Positions 58,285 through 64,000 of a DNA stretch of 64,000 nucleotides are shown piece by piece. The stretch comes from Eledone cirrhosa. Lineage: Eukaryota. Below the pieces are notes generated by a model that was given only the letters and a program-made list of their open reading frames with translations, did no database searches and was not told where the DNA came from. Numbering within the stretch: position 1 is the first letter of the stretch; every line of letters starts with the position of its first letter. The translations under genes were made by a program, and so were the position numbers. Location: positions 87,358,001-87,422,000 of the forward strand of contig OZ024746.1 in NCBI GenBank assembly GCA_964016885.1, given 5' to 3'.

Positions 58285-59598
58285 TAAGGCGGGTAAAATT
58301 CCATGAACGTGTTCTCTCCAGCGGTCTCTGTCCCTCATCATCGCTGCCATGTCCTGCGTCTCCGACAGACCAGTGTCTGTCCTTAGGGCATCAACATACG
58401 TTAACCTTGGTCTTCCTCTTCTCGTGTGTCCATATAGGGGCTCCAAAAGGAGTACTGAGTGCAATGTCAACTCTGGATGTCGGTGAGCATGTCCAGCTAA
58501 CCTCAGTCTCCCCTGTGTCACTTTTGAGCTGACTTTTGGGTGCTCCCATACAGCTCTGAGTTTTTCATCCTCAGTGTATACTGATTAATGTTCAGAGCCA
58601 TCCTTAGCATTCTCGTGTAGCACCCATCCACCATCTGAGTGAGTTTCTTGGTCAGTGTCCAAGTCTCAGACCCATACAGCAGCACAGACTCCACTACAGC
58701 AATGAAAAGGCGGATTTTCAGGTCTCCACGAAGGTCCATCTTCCACACCGATCTCAAGCTGTGGCACGCCGCCCAGGCCTTGCTCTTCCTCTCAACCACA
58801 TCATCCTCCGTATTCCCAATCTTTGCTCCCAAACACAGGAAATCCTCAACCAATTCCAGCGGCTTCCCGCCTACATTAGTGATCCCCTCTGGCTTCTCAA
58901 CATTCTCTACCAGATATTTTGTTTTAGTCTCATTCATTCTCAGCCCCACGCCCATCGACACAGTCTCAACCTCCCGCATCAAATCCTCTGCCTCCTTCAC
59001 TGTATTTGTCACCAAAACTATGTCGTCGGCAAATTCAGCATCCGATACCTTTTTCGTCCCAACTCTCCTGCTCTGAGCCGGTGCTACAGTAAAGCCAGAG
59101 TCCTGGTCTTTCTCCAGTGCAAGGCGCATACAATAGTGCACTACTATGATAAAAAGGTAGGGAGCCAATGTATCTCCCTGGAGCACTCCAGCCAGTATCT
59201 CAAAGAACTCTGTCATCCCATCAGGTGTAATGACTTGGGCTTTGGTGTTGGTGTAGAGCAGTGATATCAGGTCCACTATCTTCTTGGGGATACCATAAGC
59301 CTGTAAGATCTTCATCAGGCAGTAACGGTCCACAGAATCAAGGCCTTCCTAAAGTCAATGAAAACCATGACCGCAGGAAGGCACTTTGCTCTAGCTCCCT
59401 TCAATATCCCCCTCAGCATCAGGATGTGACTGGTGGTTGATCTACCATCTCTGAAGCCGTTCTGGTTGTCCCTGAGCTTCTTCTCCATCTCAGGCTGGAT
59501 CCTGTTAAGAATCATCCTGTTGAGGGTATTTGCCACAAGTGACCTCAGTGAGATCCCCCGGTAGTTGTTGGTGTTAGAGAGATCTCCATTCTTTGGCA
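58285..59598 (-). mobile_element. RTE-clade LINE, 5'-truncated, frameshifted reverse transcriptase
   Basis: PKNGDLSNTNNYRGISL, QNGFRDGRST, FIDFRKA, GVLQGDTLAPYLF, FADDIVL, ESVLLYGSETWTL, RLRLAGHAHRH, RRGRPRLTY, DRDRWR across three frames; flanked by microsatellites. Confidence 0.93.
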
Positions 59599-61272
59599 CA
59601 TATATATATATGTAGGTATGTATATGTAATAACATATTGGTGGGTGTGGTGAAAAAGTAAAAGAGATAACACAGTTCAATCATGTATGAGAGCTGATATA
59701 TTACATGATACACTAAACACACGCGCCAGCTAAATTTTCATGCCTAATTTCCACCATCTATCCGGAGTGTAAGAGCGGTCAGAGTTTTGAGGTGGTCATC
59801 ATGCACTTTGAAAAGTTTGAATATCCTGTTGTTTATATAGCGTGTAAAAGTTTACTTTATGAAAATCTAGTAAAACGGAGAGAAATAACACAAAGTAGTA
59901 ACATCGAAATATCTAAGTCAGTATGCATGTAGTTTGTTCAATATATATTAGATGTAAGTTGTTATATTGTGGTATGTAATATAAAGACATTTATATTTAT
60001 GAATCTATGAAGCTTAGCTCTATAGAATGTGTACTGTATTGTATATATATACAGTATTAGCAGATTATCCATCGAAAGCAGAAATACTTATGGAAATATA
60101 TATACTCTTTAGTTAGGCCACAGGCACAAACTCTTCCTTCAATTATAATCCAGTTATACCTTGGCGAATTACAAAATCTCAACGTTTCAAGATTTTACTA
60201 TATTTCAAGCACACTCATATGGCTTGAGGATATTATTGCACATGGCAACAGCTATTCTTACTAAAATCAAACCTGGAAATATATTAATCTGTTAACGAAA
60301 ATGCAATATTTCACTTCTCTATAATTTGAATGAAACTAAATTGTTCGTAAAAGCAATTTCAGCTTTATTTCTATCCTATATTTTTATCTCCCATCCACTT
60401 ATTCATTCTTACCATACCTGATTCTTAATTAAACGTTAGAGCGCATATATTAAAGTATAATTTAAAATTGTTAGCGCTATTATATGTAAATTATACTACG
60501 AAAATATTTCTTGAAAGAGAAGTAAAACAATTAATGACAACATACTAATTAGCATCAATATAAAAAGTATTTACTGCTTCACACAGCACCATATATTTAT
60601 ACAGAAACACCTCAATAGTTCTTTTATATACAAGGCACAATGCTAATTTACAAACTTCATATCTGCCAAAGTGATGTAATATACAAGGTAAACAAGAATT
60701 ACTTGAATACCGTAATCGAAGCTTCTGTCAGTGCTTCAAGTATTTTAAAACTAAATATTGTCAACATTACTACACCTCCAACACTCATACAACATTATCA
60801 TAAGCATATCCTTGCAGTATTATCAAGTGAAGACTTTACAACACAACTTAACCCTATCGATAACAATATATTACCAAAACATCGCTCACACCCACAACAT
60901 AAGATACTATAATTTACAGAAAATCCTCATAACACAGAAATTAAGATAATTACAAACAAACAATGTATAAAATTTACAGCACACACAGAAAATATTCCCA
61001 AACATCGTAAAAAAAATGGCTGCAATGTTGAAAACTTTTTATATCTTCACAGCATAAATTCATTGACATTAGGAATATACACCTAAATCATTTAATCCAC
61101 CAGTGTGAATGGTAGCCTTGTCTGGGCTAAGATACATTGAAAACGTTTTTCAATAACTGAAAAAGACATAAAACTACACCATTCCCACCGTCATAATTAA
61201 AACATTACCCACACTGAAAAGCCAGATAAGCGCGAAATAAAATTACTAAAAAATTAGTCACTAATTGTAGAC

Positions 61273-61431
61273 AGAATAGTTATGTGTATTTCGTTAACGG
61301 CATAGTGTTTGTGCAATATTTTCTGCCATACTCCCATATTCTTCAAGGTCAGAGAATAGTTATGTGTATTTCGTTAACGGCATAGTGTTTGTGCAATATT
61401 TTCTGCCATACTCCCATATTCTTCAAGGTCA
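61273..61431. repeat. Exact 80-bp tandem duplication
   Basis: agaatagttatgtg...cttcaaggtca starts at 61273 and 61353. Confidence 0.9.
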
Positions 61432-62402
61432 TGAACTGAGAATCTCATTTATAGTTATCAAACACTGACATGTATATTTTGTGTGCATTACTTGGCATGG
61501 TTCAGTATATGCACTATTCATCTAGAATTATATTTTTTGCTCTAAGCTTAAACGATATCTTGTTGTTCGGGTCAATGTCTTGATATTGGGAATCCTATAG
61601 TGGCTTTACCTATCTGAAAATAAACCTGTTATACAATAATTGTGTAACCAGTTTGCTATGGTGTATTTGTACATTTAATAGGGCGTCTAGTTAAACATAT
61701 ATTTTGTTTCCTTATTGAAAGGTGAAGCGTAGTAGAATATCAAAGATTGATTATAAACTACGTTGGAGAATGTGGACAGTATATTAAAAATATTCTCTCT
61801 GTTTGGAGAGTTATCAGTGAAATCTTATTTTTCTTGCACAATGATATCAAACACATCAGAGCACGCAGATAAAATTACAATTAGAATATACAAACGTATG
61901 CCTTCGTTAGAAAAAATACCTTATTAAGATTTTCATTTTTATTTGATTTGGATAGATGTGATTTAAAATAGTAGCATGCAAAGCAATATTAAGCATTCTA
62001 CATTTCCAATATATATTACTTTCGGAATAAAGAGTTAAATAATCCATCAATCATATTTCCATTCAATGAACTGCCACGCAAATTATACTGGATATTTCAT
62101 ATTCAGCCTTGTTTCGAAGAAATAAATCCAAACACAATTTAAACATCAAAAAGAAAGTCGATAATACTACAGTGGTATGAGGAGAAAAACATTCGTCAAG
62201 CCACATTCATCCGCAATCTATTGATTAAATCAAATGTTATAGCTAACAGAATAATTGCACATTTGCAATATGCATTTGCAGTATGCATTTTATATTAAAA
62301 TGATCACCAAATGATACACACACAACAACCATACGCCATACGCTATGGTTGTTAATATACATGGAAAAATACACACGCACGCACACACACACATACACAC
62401 AC

Positions 62403-62447
<45 letters not shown>

Positions 62448-62619
62448 TAGGCATATATTGGGGGAGGGTTTCGAATGAAACAGATCTAGTCATGTATATA
62501 TCATTTCTAAAGTATACAAGAGGTGTCAACATGAATGGAACTGTTATTTTTATCTAAATAATTTTTTTGTTTCAATTCCACCTCATCCGTACCTTCATTC
62601 TATCGTATTTCTCATTCTT

Positions 62620-62655
62620 TTTTCTGATGAAGGACTAGCGCCCGAAACGTTAAGA
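62620..62655 (+). ncRNA. Minimal hammerhead motif in PLE-type terminal remnant
   Basis: TTTT-CTGATGA-A-GGaC(tagc)GcCC-GAAA-CG-TT-AAGA; palindromic AACGTT stem III; weak stem I. Confidence 0.6.
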
Positions 62656-62790
62656 CACACTTCCTTCTATTTCAAGTGTTAATCTAATATCTTCTTTCTA
62701 TATATTGTACCGATTGTGTTGTTATTTCTGGTTACCTTTTACACACACACACACACACACACACATACCCACACACACACATACACACAT

Positions 62791-62824
<34 letters not shown>

Positions 62825-63014
62825 TGATTAATGAACACATCCACATGTTTATGTAGTTGGTTAGAAACAGCTATAAAAGTGTCACACCTAAAATGTCCTA
62901 CTTAATATAGACACCAACAAAGCATAATACAAGAAACGGCAAATATCTATTTATTGTCCTTCTACGACCTAAATACATGAGTCTGTCCCTCATTGTTCTT
63001 ATTACCTCGAACAC

Positions 63015-63100
<86 letters not shown>

Positions 63101-63106
<6 letters not shown>

Positions 63107-63277
63107 GTGAGGTTTTTTTTACAAAATGAAAAATAACCGAGGTGTCCTACACGAGTGAAAGTATAAAGAAAAACAGATGAAATCGGAAATTTGGTTCCTG
63201 TAAAGGAACCAAATAAATATATATGTATTTAAAAAAAAAATAAGACTCCAGTTGCATTTTCGATTTCATCTTTTTTT

Positions 63278-63281
<4 letters not shown>
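63101..63281. mobile_element. Family C copy between (TA)n tracts
   Basis: Matches 28235-28455 at both ends with a different middle. Confidence 0.75.
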
Positions 63282-63355
<74 letters not shown>

Positions 63356-63357
<2 letters not shown>

Positions 63358-63549
63358 GAACGAGTAGGACCCCGACGGGTGAGCTCAAGCCGTTTCGACG
63401 GCTAATTCTGGACTCAGAATTAGCCGTCGAAACGGCTTGAGCTCAGCCGTCGCGGTCCTGCTCGTTCCTATTACCCACTCTACTACCTTAAGTATTGAGT
63501 ACTTTGGTGCGTTATCGTCCACCTGGTTCCTTACCACATTTCCTTCGTT
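63356..63549 (+). mobile_element. Family A fold-back copy
   Basis: aggaacgagtaggacc..ctggactcag..ggtcctgctcgttcct palindrome; long arm ends ttccttcgt-(TA)n. Confidence 0.85.
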
Positions 63550-64000
63550 ATATATATATATATATACATATATTAGGATACAGCAAGCAAATATTTTTAT
63601 AACTGATATAAAGCACTCTACTAGTATTGGGAGTAAAAATACGATATTAACAAATGGAAACTATATTTATAAAACCATATTTATTTCATTATACATATTT
63701 CAAGGACACCAAGTTAAATTATGGGATTCTTTCATCAGATAAAATATAATATAGACCAGTTTTATAAATAAATATGGACATACCCTTAAAAATGCGACCA
63801 TTTCTGTTGGAAGCTCCCGGATAGTGGAGTTATAACTTTAATTATATTATTAGTTAAGTTAGTATTGGATATTTTTAAATAAGCCGTTGGGTTACAGAGA
63901 AAGAGAAAGAGAGAGAAAGAGCAGAACAACAGAGAGAGAAATATATAGAGAGATAGGAGACAGAGAAAAGGAGAGAAAATGAAAAACTCTAAGTCATATC

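Noticed and set aside
58639-59264. Plus-strand ORFs of 145 and 167 aa
   Set aside because: Antisense shadows of the RTE reverse transcriptase.
60640-60912. 90-aa ORF in an A/C-rich stretch
   Set aside because: No recognisable motif or splice context; may be an old element remnant.

Overview
AT-rich, (TA)n/(CA)n-riddled eukaryotic DNA; the tRNA-derived SINE and repeat content suggest a cephalopod, probably octopod, genome (inference). I found no intact host protein-coding gene, and nearly all ORFs in the track are microsatellite artefacts. Recognisable coding remnants are all transposon-derived: a 5'-truncated Penelope-like element (RT plus GIY-YIG, 42.8-45.0 kb), RTE, CR1-like, R4-like and CRE-like LINE fragments, and two Helitron RepHel N-terminal fragments. 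The main hidden signal is RNA-level: at least seven different short repeat families carry type I hammerhead ribozyme motifs (CUGANGA...GAAA...UH with paired stems). Most have palindromic stem III, and several have a non-canonical 10.1/11.1 position. They sit in (TA)n tracts and often form fold-back insertions whose junctions fall at or beside the ribozyme. One family is a ~444-bp non-coding tandem unit with a hammerhead and a conserved octamer, resembling a non-LTR retrozyme. All structures were read by eye and activity is untested.
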